A DNA stretch of 64,000 nt from Octopus sinensis (lineage: Eukaryota), in assembly GCF_006345805.1 (NCBI RefSeq), contig NC_042999.1, forward strand, positions 92,752,001 through 92,816,000. The letters run 5' to 3'. Under the pieces are notes generated by a model. It was not told the DNA's origin, did no database searches, and saw only the letters and a program-made list of their open reading frames with translations. The translations under genes were made by a program, and so were the position numbers. Below are positions 26,160-40,496 of the stretch, in pieces. Position 1 is the first letter of the stretch. Every line of letters begins with the position of its first letter.

Positions 26160-26685
26160 TAATCGAAATATGTTATTAAAAGAAAATAGAAACTACACGT
26201 GGAAATGTAAGGGGAAAGTTAGAAGAAAAATAAGCGAAAATGCACATTGGAAATCAAGAACGTAAAGGCCTTTATGAAAAGTAACGATAGATATATACAA
26301 TTAGATTAACTGAAGTAGAAATAAAAGTAATAAAAGTCATTATTGTGAATTGTTAAAGAGATTCAAAAGCATACCGGTTTCGTAAAATTACTGATCAATG
26401 CTTTGAATACATACCGATTACCGAACGGTGTCGGGTCTACCAGTCCCCGAGTCATAAGATTATATGTAAGGGAGGTAAGTAGTTCTGGATTTGGTGCAAT
26501 TAGGGTAGATATAGATCTGTAATGTGAATGGTGTATGGGATATATGGATGGTATTAATTGAAAGCTTAGTAGTGTTCAGTATTAAGTTCATATTGAGTTG
26601 TGGAAGATATTTATTGATGAAAGTTGCTTCTTTATTCATTCTTTGTTGTACGTTGATAGAAAGGGAAAATTAGGAAAGTTAGCTA
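26160..26685 (-). mobile_element. Penelope-like element 3' end (GIY-YIG C-terminus + pLTR)
   Basis: FLIFPFYQ..QRMNKEATFINKYLPQLN, then a hammerhead-like fold, ending at (TA)n. Confidence 0.75.
26361..26408 (-). ncRNA. Decayed type I hammerhead fold
   Basis: ATTCAAAGCA-TTGATCA-GTAATTTTAC-GAAACCGGT-A-TGCTTTTGAAT: long stem I and palindromic ACCGGT stem III, but C3 and G8 are mutated. Confidence 0.6.
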
Positions 26686-26689
26686 CTAA

Positions 26690-28857
26690 CCTTTCCTCAT
26701 TTCTATTTTCTTTTAATGCTAATTCTTTGCAAAACTCCATCGATATTACTCTAATCTCTCTTTTGAGAGCTACCCACCACCTGTTGTTGACGCCCCCACC
26801 TCGTCAACTTCTGCTTAACTAAATTGCTGACCCGGTTCCTGTAAGCCTTACGTGCAAGAAGCGACATGTTCAGCTTCTGGTACTTGGGTCCTAACCTACG
26901 TGTCTTATCTAGGTCGATCGTACAGATTACAAGCTTATGGTCTGTATACATGACCGTTTTAAAAGTGGACATCCTACACTATTACCTTGTCAAAATCCTA
27001 TCAATATACGATCTAGATGACCCTAAGCGGTTGGTCCAGGTCCATACTGGCGCATTAGAGGAATCTCATCGGTACCTGGCAGACAGTTGGAACTGGCTGA
27101 TCAGTTGCTAGAGGCATTTGCAACCTTTCTTCTATCTGCTAATTCCACACAATCCCAGCATTGACCTAAGATTTCTTTCCAGTCCCCTACTAACAGTAAA
27201 GGGCGAGACATATCTAGAAAGGCTTCCAGACGCCTGAAGAAATTCGGCCGTTTAGCTCCGATAGGAGCGTCGACGGCCACCAGTCTAAATACAGTACCTT
27301 CACTATTGCTCATGTCCAGGACCACCAACTTCCCGTCGGGGTCCCGGAAGATCGACTTTACCGCGAGATCCAGTTCATTCATAAACAGCACTGCCACTCT
27401 ACCTCCCATTCCAGGCCGACTAACATATACAAAGATCTGACAATGCGCGTGTATTGGAAATCCTTGTTTCCCTGACAGCAATTATATCCGGTTCTAGAGA
27501 CCTGAGGTCGTTGAGCAAGCGCCCCTCCTTCCGAAGCGACCCCAGACCTCGAACATTTAAACATCCTACTCTGAATGTGGCCATGTTGGCAAGATAAAGA
27601 GAGAAAGGAAAGGTTTACTTACCTCCTGGTGTCTTATGAAGATCGGGTGGTTCGACCTACCCAATTGGTAGGGTCTTTTTGGGGAACCCCTTTAAGAGCG
27701 TCAATGTAGGTCTCTGGTTCGGGATTCCCACGTCCTTCGGAAAGCTCTCTCGAATTTTTGTGTAGGAACCCAGCGACATTCTCACCAGAAGTAAATCTGG
27801 AACGCAAAATGTATCCGATTCGGATATAAAGCACTCCCTTGTTTCAAATTCCGTGTTTTATGTTACGAATGCCAGCAGTTCCTCGTCGTCCCTTTTGATA
27901 AGTACGAAATTGGGTTGTATCGTGTTCAATTTATTTGCTTGGCCGTAGTGGTGGTAGTTGTGTTGTTGTTGTTGTTTCTGTGTGTGCTGTGAGTGTTGTG
28001 TCTGCAGTTTTAGATGTTTGTGTAAGTGTTTGTTCTTGTTTAGGTTGTTTGCGTTCGGGGCGTTCTGGTGATGGTAAGGGTATTGGTTGTGTTGGTGTTG
28101 GTGTTTTGAGGAGATGTTTTCGTGGGTGATGTCTATATTATTTATTCTGGGTGTTGTTATGCTTTGTGCAGTTTTTCTTTTGAGCTTTTTTTTGGACCTT
28201 TTATTTTTCCTTCATTTTCACTATTGGAAGATGAATGGTCTGTTGCTGTGCGTCTGCGTGTATGTTTATAATCTTGTTTATGTGTGTATTTTTGTTTGGT
28301 ATGAGGGAGGTGGGAGAGCTTTCCTTGTTTCCCCTAGGGTGGTTAATGTCTTTGCTGTTGTTGCTGGTGGTTTTGTTGGTACGGGTGTTGTTTGTAGTCC
28401 TCGTCTCGGCGTAGGCAGCAGCTGGGGCCTTTGACTCCTTATACTTTGTATCAGCCCACAAGTGTGTTGTTTCTCCACAAGCGAAACAATGCGGCCTTTT
28501 GCCCTCAGTTATGATGTGTATCATTGTCCCGTTCTGGAGACGGATGTGGTCCAGGATTTTTTTATGTTTTCGGCTCTGATCTGGAGCAGTATCTCCAGGC
28601 TACTGTATTTCACGACTTGGCTGTTCCATTCAGCGGACAAGCAATTTTTGTTCGCTATCTTTGATTTTGTCAAAAACATTAGGGGCATCTGAGCCCAAAC
28701 AAATAACGTAGCCGCTAAAGGCTACAGGTGGAGAAGAACCAACCAGCTCCCCAAGGTCCTGATTTGTTTAACTACGTAACAATTACAAATGTACAATTTG
28801 TAACAATATGAATAATAAAAAAACTTACGGAGCGATGTGTAACACGCATCGATAGAC

Positions 28858-28860
<3 letters not shown>
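26690..28860 (-). mobile_element. L1/Tx1-clade LINE, 5' part (ORF1 zinc knuckle + APE endonuclease)
   Basis: ORF1 RPHCFACGETTHLWAD (CCHC-like); ORF2 from ATG 27584: VGCLNVRGL, GGRVAVLF, DPDGKLVVLD, RLVAV.AP, LLVGDW, TDHKLV, GPKYQKLN.SLL. Confidence 0.88.
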
Positions 28861-28917
<57 letters not shown>

Positions 28918-28933
28918 GAACAACAAGAACAAG

Positions 28934-28984
<51 letters not shown>

Positions 28985-28997
28985 AACAATAATAATA

Positions 28998-29039
<42 letters not shown>

Positions 29040-29045
29040 TATGAA
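28860..29045. repeat. (AAT)/(AAC) microsatellite
   Basis: Direct repeat. Confidence 0.95.
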
Positions 29046-30254
29046 GAAGAAGAAAATAACAAAGTGAAATAAAAAAAATTATAAAAAGTAGATTTCTCCA
29101 AAATCTGAGGTGGGGGGCTACTGATGATCACTTGTGGACTCTGCTTCCAAAAAGAAAAAAGCGCAAAAGAAACGAAATCGTCACCTTGACTTCTTCTGAG
29201 GCACCGCTTCTTGGCTATCGACAAGCGATTGCTTAGAACAGACTCATTCATTCGGATTATACTCGCTACTCTCACCCATCTTTCAACAAATTTGCTGAGA
29301 GACAGCAATGTGAGTATGAATTAGACGTGTGTGTAGAAGAGACACACGGTTTGCTACCTCGGAATGATACAGTATTATTGCTGTAATGGTAGAGGAAGCT
29401 GAGATATAGTGGACAAAATATTTTTTCTTTTTATATCAGCACAAATTTTTAACTGTTATTCATCTGTCATTGAAGGGAGTTAAGTTATGAATGATATTAA
29501 TCACTTTGATCCTGAAAGAAGTAAATTAAGTTGACAAGCTTCAATTTGACAAGTGATAAAATATTGATTTAATGTCTCAGATGAGACTATGTTTAAAAGA
29601 TTATATTTTTGGATTGTTAACCCATCTTTAGAGAAGACATTAATATTTACTGTACTACTTCTACACAAAAATCTATCGGTTTTGTTTCTCTTCATTATTA
29701 GGTGTTATATTCCTGGATGAGTACAGGCATTCGAAATGGATTTGAACTAAGAATCATTTGTTTCTAAACAACGAATTCTTACTTTATATTCGACCTATAC
29801 TTACACTCCTTTCTACACTTCACTAAACTTACATCTACTTGCATACAAACACACTGTGCTTTTCTTCGGCAGATGTTACACAGCAAAACCAGCTCCATTT
29901 AATTCCCCGAAAAACAGCAACAAGCATCAATTAGCAGCTATCAAATTCTCTCTCTTCCTTATTACTACGAACACCAGAAAACATCAAAAAACGTGTAACC
30001 ATACGACACACAGAAGATAGAAATAGATAGTTACAAATATCTCTTCCATAGTCTTCCCAGCACATATAACAGGCATAGTAAAGAATATGAAACGATGCAT
30101 AAGGATAGAGAAACCATAGATATCATATTTGATCAAAAGAAATAAACTACACTAGTGTACAAACAACATATTATGTAAATCTTCTTGGACTAATTTTGTC
30201 CTACCTGGTCTGTTTTGCTGTTTTATTATTTTGATACAGTAAGTAACAATAATA

Positions 30255-30465
30255 ATCCTTTCTATTATAGGCACAAAGCCCGAAATTTTGGTAGAGGGTG
30301 TAAGTAAATTATATCGAGCCCAGTACTCGACTGGTACTTATTTTATCGACTCTGAAAGAATATAAATCATAGTCGACGTCAGAAGAATTTGAACTCAGAA
30401 ATTAAAGACGGACAAAATGCTGCCAAACATTTTGTTCGCTGAACTATTTTGCCAGCTTGCCGCCT
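30255..30465 (-). mobile_element. SINE family B
   Basis: GGCACAAAGCCCGAAATTTTGG..CTGGTACTTATTTTATCGAC..GAATTTGAACTCAG..GCTTGCCGCCT. Confidence 0.82.
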
Positions 30466-31291
30466 AAAAAATGATGTTAGTGGGTGATATAAATGATCAA
30501 ATCGCCAAATAGTCCTTCAACATGTCACTTTTACATATTTCTCCAATCCATTCTTCTGAAAAATATATACCAATCAAGTACTGGTGATGCTCTTTTCCTC
30601 TTCAGCTGTCACATCATAATGTTATGTGAACCCGCAGAGAATTTGTCTTTCGTCGCCACTACAACGGTATCAAAACAAAACGGAAACCATGACGCATGTT
30701 CCTAAATAATATTCGCTTGCAGATGATAACTGTGTTAAAAGTAGTAGTATATTACAATTACATGTTATCGACCTCATTTATATGTGTATGTATACCTATG
30801 TGTGTATGTGTGATTAAAATCAACGTCGACAACCCGAGAGATTTGAACTCAGAAAACATATAATAGCATAATTAAAATACTATTAAAATAAAGCGGAAAA
30901 GAACTACGTGAACCGGTTGATTTATGGACGTAAGTTAAAAAGAAAATGAAAACAAAATGTTCTTTGTGAGGTCACACACATTAATAATTCAAATTATTAA
31001 AAAAAAACACGAGAGAAAAATTCAACTAACTGATAATTTTAGAGAGATAATGCTAGAAAGATAATTATAGCAGTCATTAAGATTATCTCCCCGAGGGCAA
31101 TGAATTGTTCAAAATATTCATTATCATTATAGCTGTAAATTCAACGCTTATTTATATCAGTATAATGAAGCATTTTATTTTCCATAATAATTATCTATGT
31201 GACTTTATTGTTAACCAGAAAATTATCTCAACACTCATGTCCTCGTGTCATTTTAACTGCCCACATACACAAACACACTCACATAGACATA

Positions 31292-32391
31292 CGAGGATGG
31301 GCTGAAAAGTTCATAGGCTGACTATGAAGGAGTGGTGCTAGAGTAGTAAAATATTGCATGCATTGATTTCAACATCTCTTAATAATAAACGCATTGTTTC
31401 GTTCCAGGTAACTGATACCTGGCTGTTCAAACAAGATTTCAAAATGAACTAGTATCGACTTCCCTTGGAAATGGGTAAAATTTGCATTCTAGTTTTACCA
31501 ATTACCTGCAGAAAAAAAGGGTTTAGCTCTCAAAGGCATTCATTCTAATATGATTGCTAAATTATGGTATGGCACTCTATATCCCGTGAAAGAGTTGAGA
31601 ATATTCTACATTATTATCTAGGCATGGTGAATGTTTCTAATGGTAGAGCTACGTCTAGATACCAAATCAAAAGCGCACCAGGCTGATCACATGTCAGGAA
31701 AATTTGATATTGATTGAGGAGGATCCAGCTGGTTGTGTTGGAACGTTTCCTAACAAAGGACGAATGTCTCGTCGATCACTTTGAGCCAGAGACAAAGAGA
31801 CAATCCATGCAGCGGAAACACACCTCCTCATTTACACAAAAGATGGCCAAGGTCGTTTCATCTGCAGAAAAGATGATGGCCTCAATTTTGGGGACGCGAA
31901 AAGCATACTTCTTATTCACTATTTTCAAAAGAGACACACCGTTAATGGAGAGTATTATACAAACTTGCTGAAGCAGCTATGAAAGATCAAACGCCTACGA
32001 AAACTGGCGAAAGTGGTCTTATTTCCCCTGGACAATGCTCCAGCACACACGTGCTTCGTTTTAATGACTACTGCGCGTGAGTGTAGGTTTAAACTGGTTG
32101 ATCACAATCCCCATTCTCCTGATTTGGCCCCATCTGATTATCATCTGTTCCCCAACATGAAAAAACACTGGGCTGGGAACCAGTGTTGCAGTCATTATGA
32201 CGTCACATCTGCTGTTGACGACTTTCATGACCAACAGGCTGAAAGCTTCTTTACTAATGGGAACGAAGCATTACAACACTGAGGGAAGGGGTGTGTGGAC
32301 CGCAAGGGGTAATGTATTAAAAATAAACCACATTTAGCCACATTCCACGAGAGTACCTTGGTCAGCCAAAAGACTTTTCAGCCTACCCGCA
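31292..32391 (+). mobile_element. mariner (DD34D) transposon, internally deleted, both TIRs present
   Basis: TIR CGAGGATGGGCTGAAAAGTTCATAGGCTGAC with imperfect inverse at 32361-32391; TA flanks; FLTKDEC..HFEPETKRQSMQ, DNAPAH, HSPDLAPSDYHLFP. Confidence 0.93.
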
Positions 32392-32649
32392 TACATATAT
32401 ACAACACAAACCACTAATCAATGCTATTGATCTCTACGTGGTTCCCTCTTCCAGCTAGAAATATCAGTTGAATCTCTAGTAGATTACATCCTAGTATTTT
32501 ACAAATGGAAGTACACACTGGACAATATAGTCCTGGATATATAAAATTATAGAGACTGTCACTGGTGTTAACATGACACTGTTCGATCAGGGCTGACCTT
32601 TGTCTAAATAACAATAACATGACTTCCCATATACAAAGGCAACAAAATC

Positions 32650-33480
32650 CTTCCTAGAGCAACAAAACAAACTTTATTACGACGTTGTGGGCGTTTCTTT
32701 CACTCTATTTTTTGTGGTACCCTGCAGAACTATCTACATTAAGATCCTAATGAAGGAGAAATATGATGAAAGCCTTAAAAATAAAATCACCCCAGACATT
32801 CTAGAAAGTTTAATTCTTGATGTTACTCACTAAACTACACATACGCTCTCTATGTCTCAGAACGTATTGAGATCGCTACACACAACCATCACATTTCTAA
32901 AAGACCTACAAATACCACCGTCATTACTATCGACACCCGTACAGCTTTTCAATTCTCTCATCGTTGTCTACTAGGAAAAATACTCAAAACTCAACACCAT
33001 CTCAAGAATGATCAAACTATGTGCTAGGCAGCCATTTGGGAATCTCTCATTTCCTAAACGATTTACCAAAAGCATTTGTCCTCTTCTCTATACTTTTCAA
33101 CTTATATCTAGAAAAAGACCTTGCTAAATCTCCAATAGATATAGAAATAGATTCATGCACTAATGACAATGCTCTTACATCCTTACGCGATTCTCCAGAC
33201 ACTGTTGTACAATTACTCTAAGGTCACTTATGCTCTTTACAAACCTGACAACACAATAAGAGATTTATAAGAATTAACAACCTAATCTATTACTTCTCTT
33301 ATTACCAGCAACCAACATACAGCCGACCCTCACATCCATCATAAATGTATCCCACCGCCACACAGAACATACAGCTCGAAACCTTCATAACACACATTGA
33401 AGACTATGTGAAATAACACAAACACTTTCAGCAACGTTCGAGAATATTAAAATACAACAACGGTGCACGAATAATGATTA
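32650..33480 (+). mobile_element. Old LINE RT fragment
   Basis: LPKAFVLFSILFNLYL.KDL..P.DIEIDSCTND aligns with VPQGSVLSPxLFNxY..SYADD. Confidence 0.55.
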
Positions 33481-33589
33481 AGGCCCATGAAGTACTTTGT
33501 CAGTCCTCTCTGCAACCGCAAACTCTTCTCAAGAAGTCATGTAAGAAAAAAAAAAATAATAATAGATAATGTGCGACTCCTACCCATGC

Positions 33590-34250
33590 AATGAAGCAAA
33601 TAATACAGAAAATGAAAGAATATATAGACATATATGGTATTTGTTACCGCTGTTACCTTCAGTTCCACAGTCCTTGTCACTACCAGAAAATATTACCATG
33701 CAGACAACATCTAAGAATTACTACATCTCTCGTCCATACACGAAAAAGAAAAATATTTAAGAAAATAAACTTAGACATAGAATTACCTGCATTACACCCA
33801 AAGAGTGTGCTGAGATGAACGCGCTTGGAATTAGTGTGGAAGAGGGTGTAGCGACCGTTGTGCCCTGACTGCATACTTTCTTAGTCTCCGCTAATGTTAC
33901 TTTCAGAATTTGCAAGCAAAACGAAATGGCTTGCACACTAGAGACAGGAGACGTCAACATGTTCTGTTACATTGAACATCATGCAATTCCTTGTTCCATT
34001 TCGAAATATGGTAGCTTTTTGTTTGATGATATATGGTGTTGGGGGAAAAGTGCTTATTCGTATAGTACAAAATTGCTTTCTATAGAACTGCTCGATCTGG
34101 GCTATCTTGGAACTACACAACAAATGCAACGCCCTAGTATTAGATCCACTGTAACTCCTTACAGTGTGATTGACCTAAAAAAGGAATAACATATCATGTC
34201 AATGTGTCGGAAGTATAATTTTCTGCAGTGGAACAATTTGGAAAATATCT
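33590..34250 (+). mobile_element. Heavily decayed mariner fragments
   Basis: R.DI..LL, KRK, LHPKSVL (LHPKKVLL-like) and an N-terminal EH..LFHF-like segment. Confidence 0.4.
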
Positions 34251-34799
34251 TCGAAAGAAGTACAGTCTATTGAAATCAACTTCAGTACGTTAGTGGTAAG
34301 AGCAACACAGTTGCTCTGTTAACATAAAGGAAGGGAAGTGAACACTGCATGACACCCCACCGTTTCTGCTTCACTCCCGTTCTATTTTTAATAAATGCAA
34401 AATATTGAAATAATATAATAATTCTCGGATCAAATATATAGCGCCCTCGGGTAAAAAAAAAAAAAGGAAAACTGTAAAATTCTTGATAGAAAAAGAGCTG
34501 CAAAGAAAAAGGAATCGCTATAGAAATCAGGCTTTCTCAATATAATTTAATTACTATCACCGTGTGATTAATTTTTTTTACAAAATTGATGTAATCTCTT
34601 TATTCTTTTGCTTCTATCTTTGTTCCCGCATATTAAATTTATTCCTTCAATTCATGTTTGTTAATATTTCTGTAGAAACTTTGCTTGCATTAAGTTTTGT
34701 TTTGTTTGTATTTTGTCGGCTTTTTAATATAAGTAGCCAATGTATGGTCTCTATTTATTTAAGCCTTAATATTTTCAACTAAGGAAAGAAATATTTGAT

Positions 34800-35915
34800 A
34801 CCTTCAAAGAAGAGACGGATTATATATTTTTATGAAGATCATTGCTTCACCACCATAAAATGAGGCTTAGAAACATCAGATGACTTCCATTAACAAACAT
34901 CCATAGAATATACTATTCAAAGGAAGGAAGAAGTGGAAAAGTTAGAACAAAATGTGTCTCGCAGGAACAAAATCTTGCGTACTTCAAGAGATAAGTAAAA
35001 GCTCATAAAATTATCTTCAGTAACAGGAAACATTTCTTCCTTATTGATGAATTGTATGACAAGTGGGAAAAGAAACACATTTGCAATGAGAAAATTTATG
35101 AAATAATAAGTAATTTGTAGTAGACATTGTGAAAGAAAGTGTTTAATATTGGTAAAACATCTGTAAGTTAGAAAAGGTTTGAAATATATAAAGGGCATAT
35201 TAGTTGAAGCAATCTAAATACAGTGGACCCATATTTTATATCAATTGTTTAATTAAGCTAATGGTATGAAATACTATTAGCCGCAGTCTGAAACAAGTAA
35301 ATGATAAGTAAAACTCTCTCTGAAATACCATTTACATTAAGGGTTGTCCTAGATGTTACAGAAGACCAAATGTAGCACCGGCAATAATGTGAATACAGCC
35401 AAGAAATACACCCCGAAGTTGTTATTAATCACCGGAGAAAAACTTTTCATAAAGTACCTCTTCCTATCTCTCCATCTTACTTGATTCAAGATTATCAGCA
35501 AGACCCTGCAAAATTATTACTGTTCGTAGACGATGATGTTGAGTCCTTGCCAATATCCTATTCAGAAGTGTATTCTTTCATATTCATAATTAAATCTATT
35601 GAGTGTTTATGGCAGATGATTAAGTCAAAGATCAATTCAAGAAGTTGTTCGAGCAAGTAAAATTTATTTGCGACAATTTATAAAGAAGTTTAAAAATTAA
35701 AGCTTATATTACAGAAATTTCACGGAGAAAATATGATTAAAAGGATTTTAATAAACTACAAACTAATCACACCAGAAACTTTGGTTATTAAAGTTTTATA
35801 AGGAAAAAATATATATCTTATTTTGAGGACATCTGAATATATTAATATAAATAAAAATGAATATTATAAAAATTCAATAATTTTTAAGGTGTTTCAGATT
35901 TTGGTGGTGAATAGT
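34800..35915 (+). mobile_element. Heavily decayed Tc1 element
   Basis: GRSG..TSRDK.KLIKLS, YQQDPA, KSIECLWQMIKSKI remnants. Confidence 0.45.
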
Positions 35916-37119
35916 TATTTATATTAAATATATTCATACAGATTGATGGTATTTAAAATAATACGAATGCGTATTTGTGTACGTGAACGTACGCACGTAC
36001 ATCAACAGCTTAACTCGAAGGTCAATAGTTAGCGTTGGGTATAAGGCTGTTATAAATTACTTATCACTTCCCACTCCTAACTTCGCCACTGCCACGCCCA
36101 ACATCGTCACCACTACGAAGATGATTGGTACTATCGGCTATTTCATCGGTGCCCGTTATGTTACGCCGACTGTAACGATATTCATAAAATTCTCTAGAAA
36201 ATAATTCCTTATATCGCAAATAATATCCACTGTCTGAAGATACCCGTAGCACGGTAATATTCAGGCAATTTTAGAGGGTACATTATAGACTTCAGTAGCG
36301 ATTGTTATTTCTGTTTTATATTTATTTAATTTCAGAGAAGACAAGCGTTATTTGTAATATTCTATTTAAAAATCTATTTCTTTTAAATAAAACAAGTAAA
36401 TATTCAAATATTTGAGTATAATTATTACTAATTGATATATTTGCAAGTCCATCATAGTGTTATCAGAAATGGAATATCTAGACAAATTTATTGATTTCAA
36501 TCAATTTTAATGTTTATGATTAAATATGAAAGAAAAAATATTGATAAAAGTAAAAGGTAGAGTGATTTTATTATAACATGACATTATTACAAAATATTAA
36601 GTTGATTCAATATCCATACTGAAGTCTGTTATTAATATACAATATTTAATTTGTTTTAAGTAGCCATTAGAACACAGAGTTAAAGAGGGAAATAGGACGT
36701 GAAACTGTGATATACATTTCATTCTTTAGCATTTAGTGCGTATCATTATTTGGATGGTGGATTTAGAGAAGGCAGGAACTTTGGTTTCACATTCGGCTGT
36801 ACCTGGTCATCTTTAGTTACGACTTATTATGGAAGCAAGAAACAAAATGATTCTTATTTTTGTGTTTAATTTCAGAATATGATGATATTGCAATAAGCAA
36901 CAGAAGTGAAAATATGCATGTAACAAGTATTATAGACTGCATAATCAACAGGCAAAGCAGGAGCGCTATGGTTAGTTGAAATATTTGTACAGTGTTTCAT
37001 GGTATTGTTTGAGTAAAACGATCACGCAAATAATACCTACATCAAAAGTACTATTAAAAGAAAGACTAACAACAACAACTTAGAATATCTTTAGCAAGAA
37101 AAGAAAGAAAGTAATAACA

Positions 37120-37745
37120 ATGTTTCAAAATTTGGCACAAGCCAGAAAATTTAGAGACAGTGTTTAGTTGATTACGTTAACATTAGAGCTCAATTTTTTA
37201 AATTTTTTTATTGACTTCCAGACAATAAAATACAAAGTAAACTTCAACAGGATTTGAACTCTGAACGCATAGAAATTGAAAATTTCCGTTAAGCAATTTA
37301 TTTGAAGCATTAACAATCCCACCAGCTCACCTCTTTAATAATACTTTCTACTGGAAAGGATCATTAAAGCCCCAAATTTGGGGGAAGGGATTAAATCGAC
37401 ACCAGTGTGTAACTGATGCTTATTTAATCAACTCCGAAAATATGAAAGTCAACCTTGGCGGAATTTGAACTCAGGAGGTAGTGACGGGTGAAATGCCGCT
37501 AAGCATTTCACCTGGCATGCTTACGGTTCTGCCAGATCGCCTCTTTAATAATAATTATAATAATGGTTTCAAGTTTTGGCACCAGGCCAGCAGTTTCAAA
37601 GAAGAGATTAAATAAGTGTTCAACTGGCATATATTTTATCAACCCCGAAACAATTAAAGGCAAAGTCGACCTTAGTGAAATTTGAACGCAGATCTCAAAG
37701 ACGAGCGAAAGACCGCTATGAATTTTGTCCGGCTCACTGCCTCGA
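37120..37745 (-). mobile_element. Three head-to-tail SINE family B copies
   Basis: Copies at about 37120-37335, 37345-37545 and 37563-37745, each with a GATTTGAAC/AATTTGAAC B-box complement and separated by AAT-rich tails. Confidence 0.8.
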
Positions 37746-37771
37746 TAACAGCAACAACAACAATAATAAAA

Positions 37772-39330
37772 GTAGTAGCAACGGCTTCTTTTATTAACCA
37801 TAAAGGCTCACACATAAACGAAAACTGTAGGAGAGTATAGTTACCAAAAAAAAAGCAAAACAAACAAAAAACTGTAAACAAAATGCGTACCAAACAAAAC
37901 AGGTCCTAATATAATTTCAACAAGGAGCATATCCCAAAAAGGAGAGACACCAGATGGTTACTCGAAAAAACCGTCATAACAACTACGGTCGTTCTGACCA
38001 ATAAAGCAAGCGCTACTTCCATGCCCTCCTCCGCCAGTTCTAAAAGCACAACTTCAAAACAGATACGTTCACTCAGAGCATTCTCTCCACTCTCATCTAA
38101 CTCTCAACGAATTTGTCGGAAGGTTGCATTTTCCTCTCCATCCTCATATTTCGTTTCAAGTGAAATTATAAGAAGCTGATGAGTGCTTGGGAATAAATGT
38201 GTGTTGACTGCCCTTCCAGTCTATCACATAATATCTTTCGTTATTGCTACAAGATAGACACGAACTGTCTGAAACTTCTAGACCCGAAAAATACAGCGGG
38301 TCGGTCGGTCTTTTGCTATGGACTTGGCTGTTATACGCACATGACTTACACGTGCCAACTTGTCCACGATATAAATTGACAACATTCGCTGCTCTAAGTG
38401 CATTTCGGTCAAGTCCGACTGTAAATCTTATGTCGAACCTGCAATGCATTGACAGGTTAGGAATATCTGGAAATTATTCATGGCCGCTCGACTGAAATTT
38501 TCCAAAACAGCAAGCAAGTTGATTTTCGCGGGGCCATTTGAAGCACACCTAAGGATCTAAAAGAAAACCATACATCGAGCAATTTAATTGGTTCCGATCG
38601 GCTCACTAGATGCAACCACTTGTTTCGGTTAAGCTTTGCTCGTGTCACCGACTCGTGTTCCCTTAGAACAGTTCCGATCACCTCGATGTGCCAGGGCTCC
38701 CGCAATACGATGCTGACGTCGTCCGTTTATGCTGATACAGATTTTCCGCATCCTAGTTGGTGCCGGACGACTCCCAAAACATCTAGTATCCTTTTTAGTG
38801 ACTCTAGAATCAGTATATAGAAAATGAGCGGCATGGAACAAATTGGATGAATTGAACGCATGATGCTCAACGGTTCTGATAAATGGCTATTTACTCTGAT
38901 GACCGAATAGATTTTGTTGTACATTGAGGCATTTGGAAACATGATCTAAAACGGTTATTGGAAGAGCAACTGCCAATTATTAATGATTGACCAAGTCAAA
39001 GGATTTCGAGTTTTTTTGAGTTTTTTTATATCGTGCACATGTTGGCACGTGTAGGACAAATGCGGGTAACAGCCAAGTCCATAGCAAAAGCAACACCCAT
39101 TTCAGATTCCTTTATTCATTCTTTCTAAGACATATTGCATGAGATGGATGTAGCCGTGAATGGATCTGTTAGGGATTGCGCACACTCGAGATTCCCCAAT
39201 CAGACTAAAGACAAGTTTCCAGCTCTTCGCTAACATTTCGGCCAGAATCAGGAAATCTGCGTTAAACGTACTTAATCAATATGCTTTTTTTTTTTGTTGC
39301 GAAATTCCCCACCAAACCTCGACTCACAGA
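37772..39330 (-). mobile_element. L1/Tx1 LINE, decayed RT-to-3' end
   Basis: FNADFLILAEMLAK..CAIPNRSIHG.IHLMQY, VSAYTDDV.IV, IKLLDVWF; 3' end GCCTTTATGGTTAATAAAAGAAG. A diverged inverted 50-bp copy of 38313-38360 lies at 39040-39090. Confidence 0.75.
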
Positions 39331-40496
39331 AATGAGAATTCTCCCATATTATGAGTTCACGACCATTCAGAAACAATTCAATGTCTCGTGATGAAGATGA
39401 TATCTTAGTTTGGGTGTGAGAAAGCTCCATTTTGCATGGTTGAGGTGGTGAAAGTGTTGCTAGTTCTGTTACTACTGTCGCTGCTGAAGCGGGAGTTGTG
39501 GTATAAGTGGTGAATTTACTCTGTTCTCTCAGGTTGTCTCCTTGTAATAGATGTGGTTGTTTTCTGATTTATTTTACTTTTCTTCCTGTTATTTATAGTA
39601 GCGGAAGTAATTTTGTTTGTTATGTTGCTGCTACCGTTCTTGGTGATAATGATGATGTGGATAATGCAACTGGTGTCTTTTACTTTTGTCATTGTCGTCA
39701 GTAATTCTGTGTGGTGAGTTGGTGGTCTCGATCTATAGTGGTGTCACCAGTGGTGATAATTCTTTTGTTTCTATTACCATTGTTGTCGCTGCTATTTTTA
39801 TGCTACTACCTGTTGCATTGACATTATTGGTGATGCTGCTACTTTGGCATAAAGCCGCTGTTAAGGTCAAGTAGGAGGCATCAATACTGAAGTTCGAAAG
39901 TCTATTTACTTGTCTCCAGAACTCTGAAAATTTTGATGCTATGTTTTAATAGGAAAGCGTATCAATTCTGTCCCGAAGGCCCAAAACAAAACTGAACTGT
40001 TCCTTAGAATCCTGAAAAGTTTCAGAACAAAGACTTTAACAAAAGACCTTTTAGAATACTGCTAAAGGACAAAAAGTTACGAATGATTCGTAGTGGGACC
40101 TTTCCGATAGAAAAAATGAGTAGAAGAAAAAGATGAAGTATACATAGAACAACAAAAATATGAACAACACGAACATCAATAACAATAATACGAATATTGA
40201 TATGATGTTGAGGATGCTGATGATGCTTCTCTTACGGGATCTCTTATTTAGCAGCTGTCTCAAGAAATAATGAAGCACAATATTTACTTTTAAACTAATT
40301 TGTTTAATATTATTAGATATTACTTTGCGTTAGAAAACAAAACACAAATCTCTAATGAGAATTAGCAAATATTTTTAAACTGACGAAAATAAATTTAAGT
40401 TACCTTAAAGAATTCGCCCTTGAATGTATTGTATGCTGAACAAATGCAGCATATTTCATTCGAAGAACGTGTGTGATTACTATTTATATTAATAAT

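Noticed and set aside
29190-29320. Open frame ending at a GTGAGT donor-like site (also a minus-strand candidate at 59325-59408)
   Set aside because: Weak acceptors, no recognisable protein and no phase-compatible partner exon.
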